Assembly: GCA_010015805.1 (NCBI GenBank)
Contig: ML978132.1
Span: 124,001-188,000 of the forward strand
DNA length: 64,000 nt
Source: Rhizodiscina lignyota
Lineage: Eukaryota
Direction of reading: 5' to 3'
Both the position numbers and the translations under genes were made by a program. Shown here in pieces: positions 35,053-47,461 of this stretch. Every line of letters begins with the position of its first letter. The stretch's first letter is position 1. The notes under the pieces are model-generated. The model was not told where the DNA came from, did no database searches, and saw only the letters and a list, made by a program, of their open reading frames with translations.

Positions 35053-36006
35053 ATGCCGCGGGCTGAAGCGGGCTCCACCAAATCTGTCGCGAACAAGCTC
35101 AAAGCCGCCGGGCTCGGCCGTCTACGCTGGTATTGCCAGGCATGCGAGAAGCAGATGCGCGATGAAAATGGTTTCAAATGCCACGTCGCATCTGAGACTC
35201 ACGTGCGGAAGATGCAGGTGATCGGCGAGGACCCGCGCAAGGCGATCAACGAGTTCTCACAGCAGTTCCTGAGCGACTTTATGAGGCTGCTGAGGACGGC
35301 GCACGGCGAGAAGAAGGTCCATCTCAACCACTTTTACCAGGAGTACATCAATGACAAACATCACATACACATGAATGCGACGAAGTGGAACAGCTTGACG
35401 GACTTTGGCAAGCACTTGGGCAGAGAGGGACTTTGTAGGGTGTATGACGAGGGTGAGAAAGGGCTTCACGTTAGTTGGATCGATAACAGTCCCGATGCTT
35501 TGCGACGGCAGGAAGCAATCAGGAAGAAGGAGCGTCAGGATCGGGGTGATGAGGAGAGGGAGCAGAAGTTGATCCAAGACCAGATCGAGCGGGCGAACAA
35601 GGCAAAGGCTGAGCAGGCAAAGGCTAACAACGCAGCTGCATCAGCGGACGAGGAGGAGCAGCAGAAGAGCGGATGGGAAGAGGGGAAGAAGATCTCTCTG
35701 AACTTCACCTTCAAGAAACCACCTACTCCTCCCGCCGATGAAAAGGATAAGGATAAGGACGCAAGCTCTGGCAGTGACAAAGAGAAGGAGAACGGCGAAA
35801 TCAACTCAAATTTAGCTAAAGGCACTAGCAAACCCGCTGCGCCTTTCAGCTTCTCGAAGAAGGCGGAAGCACCGATCAAACCCAAGAACGTCTTCGGATC
35901 GGCGAAGCGAAAAGATCCACCAGTCGAGCTACAGCGAAAAGCGCCGATGAGCAACATGCAGAGGATTATGTTGGAGGAGCAAGCGAAGAGGCGCAAGGTT
36001 TTCTAG
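35053..36006 (+). CDS. RTS2: KIN17/Rts2 zinc-finger DNA/RNA-binding protein
   Basis: KAAGLGRLRWYCQACEKQMRDENGFKCHVASETH zinc finger and YQEYINDKHHIHMNATKWNSLT. Confidence 0.93.
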   Translation: MPRAEAGSTKSVANKLKAAGLGRLRWYCQACEKQMRDENGFKCHVASETHVRKMQVIGEDPRKAINEFSQQFLSDFMRLLRTAHGEKKVHLNHFYQEYINDKHHIHMNATKWNSLTDFGKHLGREGLCRVYDEGEKGLHVSWIDNSPDALRRQEAIRKKERQDRGDEEREQKLIQDQIERANKAKAEQAKANNAAASADEEEQQKSGWEEGKKISLNFTFKKPPTPPADEKDKDKDASSGSDKEKENGEINSNLAKGTSKPAAPFSFSKKAEAPIKPKNVFGSAKRKDPPVELQRKAPMSNMQRIMLEEQAKRRKVF

Positions 36007-36429
36007 TTCTTTCGGGTTAGGGTTGGGGTAAACCTCGACGAAGAAATTATGAAAATTTCAGGTGAATCATTGCATTGCGTGGCATGGCATGGCATGGTAT
36101 GGCGTTTTAGAGGCAATTTATTGTATTCCGACGGGTGTAGACATTAGGGCGCTGATATACCCTTTGATGGTGGCATCATCTTCACGAAGTGCATTGTTCA
36201 GATATCGAAACCAATAAGTTGAATCAAAAGTTTCAACTCTCACGACATGAGCCTCCACACATAATTTGTGCGCACAATGATGACGAAAGCTCTCCATGAT
36301 TTCGATTGCCACTGTGAATTCTATGGCATGTTCATTTGGCTACATAAGAATTTCTCTAGCCAATTCAAGTCCCGCAGTTCAGATTCGATCGCAACTTATG
36401 ACGCTGACTTTAAAGCGCATGCACCAAGC

Positions 36430-38392
36430 TTATACAGGCTCACATGCAGGGAAATACCTCTGTCCAGCATAACCATGGCAAATGATGCTTTGCACATCGA
36501 TGTTCTCTCCCGGATCAGGACTGAAGAGCTTCAGAAGGATAAATCTGCCGGAACTACAAAAAATGTACGTCAGCTCAGTGAACTTGCATCTCAATCGGGA
36601 AAGAGAAGCAAGAGTAGGCACTTACACAGGTGGATCAAACCTGATGCACACCAAGCTCTTATCCTCTTCAATGAAGAACTTCGCATGGGGCTCCAAGACA
36701 GCACCCGGACCCTCAGCACTTGGTGGACCACGCTCTCGACCTTCCCTTGGCTCAATGCGACTGGGCATCTTCCTCCTATTCGGCACCATGTGACTAGGGT
36801 ACCGATCCACCCTCCGAGCAAAGCTTGAGGTGCCTGTTCCGTCGCGCAGCAACAATTCCACTGGTGGGAGTTCGTCGTCACCGTAACTGTCCAAGCGACG
36901 CCAACGCGCTTCACGGAAGGAGCGGTCCGCTAGGGCGTCTGGTGACGTTGTCTCTTCGACGTCGTCGAAGCCAAGGTCAGTTGGAGACGAGTCTGTTGTC
37001 ACACGGATCTGCGGCGGTGGAGGAGGTGGAGGAGGTGGAGGAGGCGGCGTTGGGGCACGGAAATCTCGTGGTGAAGGATCGGCGTCACCGTTCAGGATAG
37101 TGGATGCGGGGACCCATTCGCAATTCTCATGGTTGTTCTCTTGAGCTGCGTCATCGTCGTTCGGGTGGTCCTGCCACCAGACAGACGGTGCATTGCCGGC
37201 TTCTTCCTCGCGGCGACGTTGATATGTCTCCCACATTTCAGCATCATTGAGGCTTTCGAGGAGAGTGAGGCCGCGCTCGCGGTCCTCTGAAGATCCACGC
37301 TGCCGGTTGCGGTGTGGAGAGCGGTTGCGCCAACGATTAAGGCGCGAGCGATATGGTGCTGGTGGGGGTGGTGGGATGTATTGGATATTGTACGCCGATG
37401 TGCCGCTGACGAGTCCGTCTGAGGACATGGAGACAAATACGAGGCCTTCTTGGATGCTGAATTTCAGGATAGTGTTAGCATATAGATCATCTTCAGGGCA
37501 TTAGCGCCAACTCATACGGCGCAGTAAAGCCTATGTCGGGGCTTTTGATTATCAGTCGTTCAAGCGCAAAGAGCGTCTCTCCTTGATGGCGAAGAAGTAG
37601 ATTGCATCGCGAACTTTCAGAACAATAGACACTCTTATCGTTCCGCAGCATGTTCTCTGCGCGGTATAGAGATTTGAAGTGGCCACCATCACAGCTCACG
37701 ATTTCCATCTTCAGCGAGCCTGCCACAACTTGTCCGAAATGGCCATACTTGATAACAGGATACCGCTCCCTCGTATCATCATGATCCAGCTTCCTTCTTT
37801 TCATTCGCCGACGAGAATCCTCATCGTCATCGTTATCGTTCATGACGTCTTGGGCGAGAAACGAGCCGATGTTGGGAAACGGGCTCGAACGACGATATCG
37901 ATCGGGATAAGGGTCGATTAGCTCAGAGAGGCTCGAGCTAAGTTCTCCAAGTCGCTCGCTCGCTTGCTCTAGCTCTGAGAGGCCGCTGCCATTGTGCTCT
38001 CTGGAGGACTGACCCCTCCTCCAGCGAGAGGTGGGGTAATTGTCTCGTGGGAAACCGCGGGGCCTCCTGCCCAAGGACGACGACATCGGGCCTTCAGAAG
38101 CATGTGTGACTCGCCTGTTGCTCCTCTGAGGTTGAGAAGAGGGCCGGCGATGTGAGGCTGAGCGGGTTATCGGAGGCATGGCGGCGTAGTTTTGGTCCCT
38201 CTGCCGCTGCTCTGCCGCTTGCTCCCATCCAGCACGATCAGTCTCCCGTTCTCGCTGAAGGGCTTGTCGAATATGGCGAAAGCGGGCGGGGATGTTGTTG
38301 ATATCGGAGGCAGACGGTGAGTTTGATGCAGGAGGCCAGTCGAAGTTATTGCCGGACATGACTCTGGCAGACAAAGAGACTCTCCGCGACAT
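36430..38392 (-). CDS. Fungal protein of unknown function; 3 exons, two globular segments separated by a Pro/Arg-rich insert
   Basis: Segments YGHFGQVVAGSLKMEIVSCDGG...ENMLRNDKSVYCS...FTAP|IQEGLVFVSM and PHAKFFIEEDKSLVCIRFDPPV|SGRFILLKLFSP...NIDVQSIICHGYAGQRYFP are joined by canonical introns. Confidence 0.65.
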
Positions 38393-38756
38393 CGAATAAG
38401 TGTCGTGGAGAGCGGCACTGGCTCGTAGGAATGTGCCCTGAAGTTCTGGCAAGGGCGAAGTGGGAAATCTGGGGTTGAAGTGTGGGAGAGTGATGAGAGG
38501 AGGTGCGTTGCGGTCGAGTGATGCGAGCTTGTAGTACCTGTGACCCCTCAGCTGCCGAATCGGCGTCGTGAAGGGATCAGGGATGTTCCTTGGCGCGCGT
38601 TAAGCGGCGATATCGATTCAGGCACGGCGTGCATGAACCTTGTCGGGGTTGTTGCTGCAAACGATTCACTCACACTTCTCCAACAATAAATACTCTACCT
38701 TTGATTCGCCTCCAACATTCTTCCTCCTCACGCCATGCCAACATAAGTGGAACACC

Positions 38757-40399
38757 ATGGCGGCGGCGGCACCTCTTACAAACGGGACTTCGAACGACAA
38801 TGCAGGAGAGGTGGTAGCTGCAATTCAAGCACAGACGATTAGCGCAGGTAACGACGAAATCGTCCATCTTTGCAGCTGCATTCTCTTCTCTAACAAATAA
38901 TCTAGATGAGATTGCCCTCTACGATCGCCAGATCAGGCTATGGGGCGTCCAAGCTCAGGAAAAGTACGCATTAACACCCGGACAACTCGCCACGTGAGAT
39001 GGCTTGGATTGTAGAAGCTGATTATTTTCTCTCGCCCAGAATCCGAACTGCGAATATCCTTCTGATCTCTGCAAAGGCATTGGCAAATGAAGTTGCGAAG
39101 AATCTGGTCCTAGCAGGCATCGGATCTCTCACAATCGTGGACCATGAGACCGTGACAGAAGAGGATCTTGGCTCCCAATTCTTCATCTCAGATGCACTAA
39201 TTGGCCAAAATGTATTTGAGTAGCTCCCTCTATGCTTTGAGGAAGCTCACTAATATCTCTTTCAGCGCACCGAAGCAGCAGCTCCTGAAATTCGTCGACT
39301 CAATCCCCGTGTGACAGTGAAGGCCATCTCTGCACCAATCAGTGATTGTTTGCCAGACTTTTACACCCCATTCACACTGGTCATCGCCACCGACCTAGAT
39401 TTCAACACGCTATCTACCATCAATGCCGCAACGAGGCTCGCTAACAAGCCAATGTACGCCGCTGGTGGCCACGGAATGTATGGCTACATCTTCGCAGATC
39501 TCATTCAGCACGACTACGTTATCGAGCGAGCCAAATCAAACATGCCAACCGTCCTGGGACCCGAGTCAGGATCAGCGACCCGATCTATCGTTGGGGTATC
39601 GACTAAACGCGAAAATGGCAAAGTCGTTGAACTCGTCACGAAGCGGGAGATCTACTCGCACCTTCGTCTGGCCAATTCTTCTCCACTCCCACCTGAGATT
39701 CTGAACTCTTTAAGGAAACTCAAGAATGTGTCGCCACTACTACCATGTTTCCGGGCCCTGTGGGACTTTGAGAAGCAGAAGCGCCATCTCCCAGCGTCGA
39801 ATTCAGTTGATGACCTTCGAGAGTTTACAATCCTCGCGCATGAAAAGCTAGACGAACTTCAGATGCCAAAGGAGTTGCTGAAATCCGAATTACTTCGCTC
39901 ATTCCTGCAAAATGTGGGATCTGAGCTCGCGCCTGTCACGGCTTTCTTGGGCGGTCAGCTTGCGCAGGATGTGATTAATGTGCTCGGTCGGAGGGAACAG
40001 CCCATCCAGAACCTGGTGCTATTTGATGGGGAAGAAACGAAGGCACCAGTCTATTCGCTTCATTCCTTTCTCCAGGACGCACTGGATAGCATTCCTCCGC
40101 CGCTCCCGGTACCGCAGCTAGCAGGTCTGAGTGGCATGACGATGCCGATGCCAATGGGTGGAATGGACGGCATGATGGCTGGAGGAGTGAATGGCGTTGC
40201 AGAAACGCTCGGCGGGATGAACGGAATGGGAGGGCCCGCTGGAGAAACCAATGGTACCGTAGGCATGGTTGCAGGCATGAATGGTGGGTTCGACGGTATG
40301 AACGGAGCTGCCGAAGGAGTCGTCGATATACCGCCTGTCACGTTCCCTAATGATGCGGGCGACACAGATGAAAATGGCATGGCCTTACCGCCTATTTAA
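38757..40399 (+). CDS. AOS1: SUMO-activating enzyme E1 subunit Aos1/SAE1 (ThiF family); about 4 exons, Gly/Met-rich C-terminal tail
   Basis: Motifs DEIALYDRQIRLWGVQAQE, ALANEVAKNLVLAGIGSLT, RRLNPRV and ELAPVTAFLGGQLAQDVINVLG. Confidence 0.9.
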
Positions 40400-40779
40400 G
40401 AGGGAAGAAGGGCTCGGAAAAGCCTATGCCTGGGGATAGGCATATCACGACCAAGGCTTTTGTAAATTAGGCGGCACCGGGCGTTCAAGGTAACGGAGTC
40501 TTCGTGGACTGTGATTCCGCTATGAAGCGCAAAAGTCCTCAATTGTGAACACTGAATACACCGGAACTACGCCACCGATGCTCATTTCTCGTGACCTCTA
40601 GCCTGAACAAGAAGTGAAATCCGAAGTGTGATTACCGCTCAAAAATGCTGAAGCACAAGACATCACACCACACGCGACCTGAACCCAAAAAGTAAACCTG
40701 TTGATCCTGTGATCCAAGGTTCCGCTCGCACACTACTCCGCGATATCTGCGCTTAGAAAGTCGATCCAGGAGCAGGCGA

Positions 40780-41807
40780 TCAGACTGTGCCGGCGATGCT
40801 CAGGCCACGAATCTCCTGCAGCACCTCCTCGACACGCTGGTCAAGATTGCCGCTTGCGTACTGCTCGCGTGTGTCGGCATCCAGATATTGCTGCACTTGC
40901 GCCATGCGCGAGTAAGCTTCCGCACAGAACCTCAATTGAATCTTGACCAGTGCCTCGAAGCTCGGGTCGAGGTACGGCACGCGTAGGTCGATAAGCCTTG
41001 GGAGCTCGTCCTGCAGCTGCTCGTTGAGGGTATCGTACGCCTGCCTCGCCAGCTCGGCCTCACGCTCGGCGGCGGGCAGCTTGGCCGGGTCCTTGTCGGG
41101 CTTCTCGGTGAGCTTCTTCACCTTGGCACGCATGCCATCGAAGTCGGTCAGCTTGTGCTGGCGCTTCTTGATGCACTCATTGATGTCGCCGAAGTAGTTG
41201 CAGAAGCGGGAGATTGGATCGAGGACGCATTCCCTAGATGGTGGTTGGCATAATCGCCTCAACATAAGGTGATGTGGTTAGGAAATCGTACCTGTACGGG
41301 CCATCGAGCGCCTTGATCGTCTCGGCGTCGAGGTCCTCCACGGCCTTCTTGTAGCTTCTGCTCACGCCATCGCGGGCGCCCGCGTCGCCGTAGAATGCGT
41401 CGATAGTCTCGGCGATGCGCATCTGGGACGCAGTCATAGCTGGTGGAGGGTGTCAGTCCAGCTCTTCCTCTATTCGCACTGACAACGCTTCTAACCTCGC
41501 AGCGAATCCAGATAGCCCTTCGCCTCCTTCTGCAACTTAGTGGCAGCCGACTCCATTGTGCGATATCGCCTGAGCTCGGTCTCGAAGTCTCGATCGTTGG
41601 TGCGCTCGACGCGGCCTGGTCGCGTTGTGAGTCTCTTGTGCAAGAGCGCGGAAGCAGCAAATAATTTGGAGATGGATGTGCGTGGTTACCCACCAGCTTT
41701 CATCATGACCTGGGTCGTCGCCCGATCGACCGTCTTCTTGAATCCTATACGACATCAGCCAGCCGGTTGCAGCCGCGGAAGTGAATTCACACACCGGACC
41801 ACGACAT
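40780..41807 (-). CDS. RVS161: BAR-domain amphiphysin Rvs161/Hob3; 5 exons
   Basis: Spliced MSWSG|FKKTVDRATTQVMMKAG|...LQKEAKGYLDSLR|AMTASQMRIAETIDAFYGD...LIDLRVPYLDPSFEALVKIQLRFC. There is no SH3 domain. Confidence 0.93.
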
Positions 41808-42630
41808 CGTGAACGTTTATCTGAAGCGCGCAGCGGTTTGAGGTTCGGTCAGGATCGTATTGTTTATGTTTGGAGCAATTATAGTCGAGGATGGTTACTG
41901 CGTCGTGGGTCTGTGGAGTTGTGGGTCATTTGCGAGGCCGTGAATCGTGTGGGCGGGGAGTACTTGGTGTTGGCGGAGTGCATTGAGGTTGTGGATGACG
42001 CAGGCGGTGCAATCGGGCACAAGCCACAGTCTTGGCATTTAGCCTCGAATTGAACCTCCTGCAGCCTCTTTCTCCCCGCATCATCTTCCTCTCTTCACAC
42101 CACATTTGCACAATGATAGAGGACTTCTTGTGTTTAGATGAAGCCGTTTCAGGTAGGCGTTGGATTTTTAGAGTTCCGCACTAGGCATCATCTTCTGCAT
42201 CTACATACCGAAGGATCACTCACACTCCGAAATATCGTAGCACTGCAACTCCTTGGGCAGAGTCCAGCAGAATGGATATTGGACAACCAACCATCCCCTA
42301 TCAGCGACTCGAAAAATGGGAGTACGATATTTCCTTGGTATCGGTAAACGTTTCAATGCATTACAACACGATTCATCAGGATCAACTCCTTTCTACGAGA
42401 TGAGTAAATTCCAAAGCAATGCGGCATATTCTTCTGGCAGGTAAACGAAAAAAGACGTTTTCCAAACGAAGATACCATTGTGATCTATTATTAATGCTGA
42501 GATTCGAGAATGACCGTATTTTTAGATATTAGACGGCAGCATCAACTCTGCAAAGAACGACCAACGACTCCCGCCACCTTATCAAACGTCAAGTTTAGCA
42601 TGACAGGTTGCTAATAAATCAACTTTTCGC

Positions 42631-43109
42631 TTAAGCCATGGTCTTCAGCTGAGCAGCATTGGGAGCCTGCGGGACCCAGTCGACTCGGTTCGGCGAGAAC
42701 ATCTCCGCACCCGGCTTCGCGTTCGACAGCGTTGACATATCATCCATGACACCAACCTTTATGATCTTGGTATCTGGCACAGTCGGAGTCTCGAGCCAAA
42801 GTGTTGTACCGCAGCTGCCGCAGAAGAAGTTTGTCGCCTTGTTGCCGGAGGCAGTGTTTTCTTTAATATAGGTCTTGGGTGTGCCAGAGATTAGCTTGAA
42901 TGCGTTGTCTGGAACGACGATGTTGGAGCTGAAGACGCTTCCAGATTGCTTCTTGCATCCGTTACAGTGGCAGAGGGCCTATACACAAGCTTCGTTAGCA
43001 TGGCAATCACAAGCATTGACTGCTATGAGGAGCTGAGACATACCTTTAACGCAGGTTCCCCCTCGTAGGCGATCTTGATGTCTCCGCAAAGACAGCTTCC
43101 GGAAAGCAT
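42631..43109 (-). CDS. GFA/Mss4-like (CENP-V) zinc-binding protein; 2 exons, intron 42979-43043; missed by the ORF track
   Basis: Manual translation: MLSGSCLCGDIKIAYEGEPALK|ALCHCNGCKKQSGSVF...FFCGSCGTTLW...PGAEMFSPNRVDWVP. The CxC, CHCxxC and CxxCG zinc motifs are present. Confidence 0.9.
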
Positions 43110-43925
43110 TCTGACAGAGAAATATGACGAATTGGTCGAAGAAATCGAAGATCAAGTTGTTTCGTGGAAATGTAAGTCCTGTTTGATCTTGTAGCTTGCG
43201 CTTATTTGAGTATAATCGGCACAGGTCTTTATGTTGTAATGGTGTGAGACTGTCTTTCTCAATAGCGCAACATCGCCTACCTTTTATACTTAAAGGTCTG
43301 AGAAATATTCATGACACGTCTTCGCTTTGACCGAGTGCACACTGTGCACATGGCCGCTATCTACCCTCTGCCGACTGCACGGGCTGATAACAGAAGAATT
43401 CCAATACTCGTGCGAAAGGCCAAGGCGGATTCTGAGACCAGTTGACAATTTCTCTACATCGAGCAAGAGAATGTAGCAATGAAGTCATGTCTGGGCCGCT
43501 TCACGACACGTTGAAAGTCGAATAGGAGCAGTTTCCACAAAGCGTAATGACCCCGAGGCACGTGCAGGAAATTGTTTGGAATCTTGAGGCAAAATTACGG
43601 GCCGCAAGTGGACGCCGCAACGGCAGATGCGGCGAATGCACGGAGTCCGAGGGCGGACTGATATTCTTACAGAGACTGTTCGGGCCTCGAGACTCTGAAC
43701 ATGCAGCTAAGAAACATCGAACCCTTGAAGTAGATGCGATGACAGATTCTGGATTCGGGGGCCTCTCGTACGAGATCAGCGCTATGCCTGTTTGGGAAAT
43801 TGAAGGTATGTGACTGAGAGGAATACGTATGTATGAACCAATCTTCCAGAAATGTCCAATTTGTCATGATTGCAACGCTCGGATGAACGATTTTGCTTGA
43901 TCAAAATGTCCCGCTTGACAAGTTC

Positions 43926-44513
43926 TCAAGCGTACACATGAGACCATCGACTTTGGCCTCTTACACCTTCTCCCGACAGTTCTGCCGCCTCAGGCGCTCC
44001 TTGTGTTCGTAGTCTCTCCTTTGACTCTCCCTTTAAGCATTTGTCAATCTCTTGAACCAGTGCCCATTCCTCAGGTGTCCAATTGTTTTGCGCTTGGTTG
44101 TTCCATAGTGTTACACGCCGTCGAATCTCTTCCATCGCTCCATCTGATCTTCTCTCCTTCTCTTCTTTTAGCCATCGGTTGGCTCTGAGCACGTTCCGCA
44201 TACTCCATATGTCAACGTCCAGTGCATATTTTAATCGCATCAACTCTCTACATTCATAGACGTCCTCTGAAGTTACTTCGGTGGCCCGAGTGGCTCCTTT
44301 TGCTGCCGCAACTTTTGCTGGAGGCGGCCGAAGTTTTGAAGCCGGTTGGAATTTTGATGTGATTTTTGTGATAGTCGCTTGAGAGACCGCGCCGTTCGAA
44401 GTAACGAGCGGTGGATATTTTGAAAGCACCGGGTCTTGAGGCGCAGGAGTCGTGGCGGCGCTCTTGAATCCTTCCGTCTTCCTTTTGGCCCAAGCAATGA
44501 GACTGGGTGCCAT
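43926..44513 (-). CDS. Hypothetical protein (~195 aa) with a predicted small helical C-terminal domain
   Basis: ORF from MAPSLIAWAKRK with an amphipathic Trp-containing segment RELMRLKYALDVDIW...EIRRRVTLW...WTPEEW. An intron-like element lies in the 5' leader. Confidence 0.55.
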   Translation of the reverse strand: MAPSLIAWAKRKTEGFKSAATTPAPQDPVLSKYPPLVTSNGAVSQATITKITSKFQPASKLRPPPAKVAAAKGATRATEVTSEDVYECRELMRLKYALDVDIWSMRNVLRANRWLKEEKERRSDGAMEEIRRRVTLWNNQAQNNWTPEEWALVQEIDKCLKGESKERLRTQGAPEAAELSGEGVRGQSRWSHVYA

Positions 44514-45300
44514 GGCTGAAAGATCGATCACGTCTTCTTCTCTGTGGAGTTCACGTTAGTGTCCGAGGAGAGAGTTATATTGGAAACGCACAGTGTATAA
44601 GTTCACTCCAGGAATAACATGGAGTAGTGTTATCTGCAGAATCTGTTTGCAATCACGGTGTGTCCCTACATCACGCACACGGGCTCGGCTGCGAGGCTCT
44701 CACGAGATTGTTGAGCGCTTAGCCAGAGAGTGAAGTTCCAGCCTTGTGCCATTGCTGGTACGCGCTCCATGGGTGGCAGATATGCAAAACCACACATCAA
44801 GTAACTCGCTGAAAAGGGCAGGCGGCGGTGCTTGGGCGCTGCGGGTTGCTCGATCACGCGCGGAGTCCATGTACAATCTGTTGGATAAGACTATCCAGGC
44901 TGGCAATGAGGCAAACGACGCAGGCATCGTGCATCATGCATTCCTTCCGTCCCGAGTCAAGAGGGCGAGGTCGAAGAACCCTAATATTGGTGCCTCAGGC
45001 GCATCCCACAGCCTTGCTGCAACTCATAAGTTACACTAGGAAAATTACAGAACAATCATGGTTTTTGGTTTCGAAACACATTTTCCTAAACAGGTATCGC
45101 TCAGAATCACGTTCAATTTCACGCGACGCGTCCGCGACAAGGCCAGCCACGCTTCAATATCCGATTTTGCATCATCAAAGGCTTATGCGGTCTCAACTTC
45201 ACTTTACAACCCTGAGAATATGGCAGACAGCTTAGTTTGCGTGAGCCGTAGTTCACCATCAAATTGATATTTCTCTCTTAGAGCGCTCCTTGTCTCTTAT

Positions 45301-47461
45301 TCAGACGCCACTGAAAAACTCTGGACCATCTCCATAAAGATCGAAAGACTCTGATGCGACTTCTTTTCCTGCAAAGCTCATTGTGTACTTGACTTGGTTG
45401 TCTACGCGGATGGTGAGCTTTAATTTAGCGGTGAAGAACAGCTTCCCGTCTTCTGAGGATTTCTCGCGGTCAAATTGCTTCAGGTCACACTCCGTAAGAT
45501 CAAGAATCATCTCACGGACGTCACTTGTGTCTAAGCGTGTCATTAGCAATCTGATCTCCACCCCTCTCCATTTAAAGGATACTTACGGCTCGGTACCTTG
45601 GAGAACGTCTCGGGCGGCGTGTCCTCGTCACAAGCGACTAATGTTGCTCTGAATTTCCTCTCATCCTTGCTTCCAAATTTCCGACCAATATCTACGGATT
45701 GCTCAATGGGTCTGTCGGAGAAAATGCCATCACCTTTTCGCACGAGCCATGTCATTTGGCTTTCCGCACGTCTCATCCCATCGAATCGATCAGCGTACAC
45801 GTCCGTTTCGGAGTGTTGCCACGATGCGAACGTGTGGGACAAAACTATGCCGAAATGCCTGGGACATGCAAAGGCAGTGATTTTGCCACCACTTCCATAA
45901 CCCATGCCTTTGGCAACAGCTCCAAAAAGGACCGCAGCTTGAGGATTCGGTCCACGATAGACCTCGATCCGGTCTCTTTCTCTCGCAAACCGTCTCACCT
46001 CATTGAGCAAATGGTCACTATTGGCGAACCCACCTGACAGGAAGATGCATCTGGTTTTAGATCTCGCTCTCTCCACCTGCGTTATTTGAGCAGAAATCAG
46101 ATCAACAACCCCTTCCACGCAAGGTTCGAAGATCTCCCGCATAGTCTCGGCTGTTATTCGTATCTCGCCATTCATGATGTCGTTCTCCTGATTGTCGTCA
46201 ATCCCTAAACTATTTGGCAGCTCAATATAATTCTCTTTTGCTGCGCTGGGATCCCCAAATGCTCGTTTAATGGGCTCGAACTCGCTCATAACTCGCCGGA
46301 GATCCGGGCCCATGACTTTATGGGCGCTGAGATCTTGCTCCGGTGATTCTTGGGCAAGCTTGCTGTAGATGTCTTCCCCAAGTTTCCTTTGAAGCCACTT
46401 TCGGAATTCTCGGTCGATGAATGATGCTCCGCATCTGCTACCTGGATTTCGATTAGCTTGCGTTACATCAGCCAGTTCCTTTACGCACTTCCGGCCCAAC
46501 CAATTTGTGCCATCCTAAATTCTGGAGTCACAGACGTGATCCGGTACGATATAACATCCTGTTTTGGGATTTCTCAGTTCTGTCGTTGTCGTTCATCATG
46601 GCGTACTCACAGCTGTTCCTCCACCTGCGTCGCACAGTATAAATGAATCGCCCTATGAGTTGATCAGCGATCATCGGTAATGATGCCCTTGCAACGTTAT
46701 AATCGTACTTCTCTGATCCTCAAATGGCCCTGGCGGTGTACTTCCGTCAATGTGTACAGAGCCGCAGCTTCAGGTTCCGAGACGAAGATGATCTGATGAA
46801 GTGTGGGGAAGTTCATCTGGTCAAAACCGGCCTGTGTCACTGCCTGGAATGTCCGATTCCTCGCGGGCGCCGACCACTCTGCAGGAATTGTGACCACCAA
46901 GTCGATCGGCACCGTTTGTCTGACCGTTTCGTTACGGCTGTTATCTCGATCCAGCTCATCTGTTACATATTCACGGATTTTCATGAGGAAATTTGTTGCA
47001 ATTTCGACAGCTGTACGCGCCGGATACTTTGGAAAACCTCCAGGGGCTTTTCGGAGTTCTGCGAACTTAAGATTCATCATCCCCTTGAGGGCTGATAGTA
47101 TAGACTTGAGCTCCTCCACGCGGTCTTGTGGTTCGAATTCCAGTTTAGTAAATGCTACGGTGAGCGACCCCGGGTAGATGTTCGCGCCCCATTGTTTCGC
47201 TGCATCAGGAGCCGACTCATAAGATATCTCTGACGGCACCTTTTCGCCGCTGTAGGTTCCTTGATTCCCAGGCCAGGAGGTTATGGCGCGTATCTGCCTA
47301 AAATCTAACCCGGTGTCGCCATCTCTCACTTGGCCGTGTGCAAAGCGTATGTCATAGTCAGTACAGAAGTTAATTTGTCGAGATGGATCATACGTATCTG
47401 TGAAAGTTGTTCCATAGTCTACCGCGAACACAAGTCGCGTGCTCGCGCCTACGTTTGCCAT
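45301..47461 (-). CDS. HSPA12-like atypical Hsp70 (actin-like ATPase domain); multi-exon
   Basis: Motifs FAVDYGTTFT, EKVPSEISY, VVTIPAEWS, VSEPEAAALY, FILCDAGGGTA|DVISY, CGASFIDREF and FLSGGFANS. The C-terminal part is not a canonical substrate-binding domain. Confidence 0.88.

Noticed and set aside
36070..36106. (GGCAT)n pentamer run after KIN17
   Set aside because: An ordinary short microsatellite in a 3' UTR.
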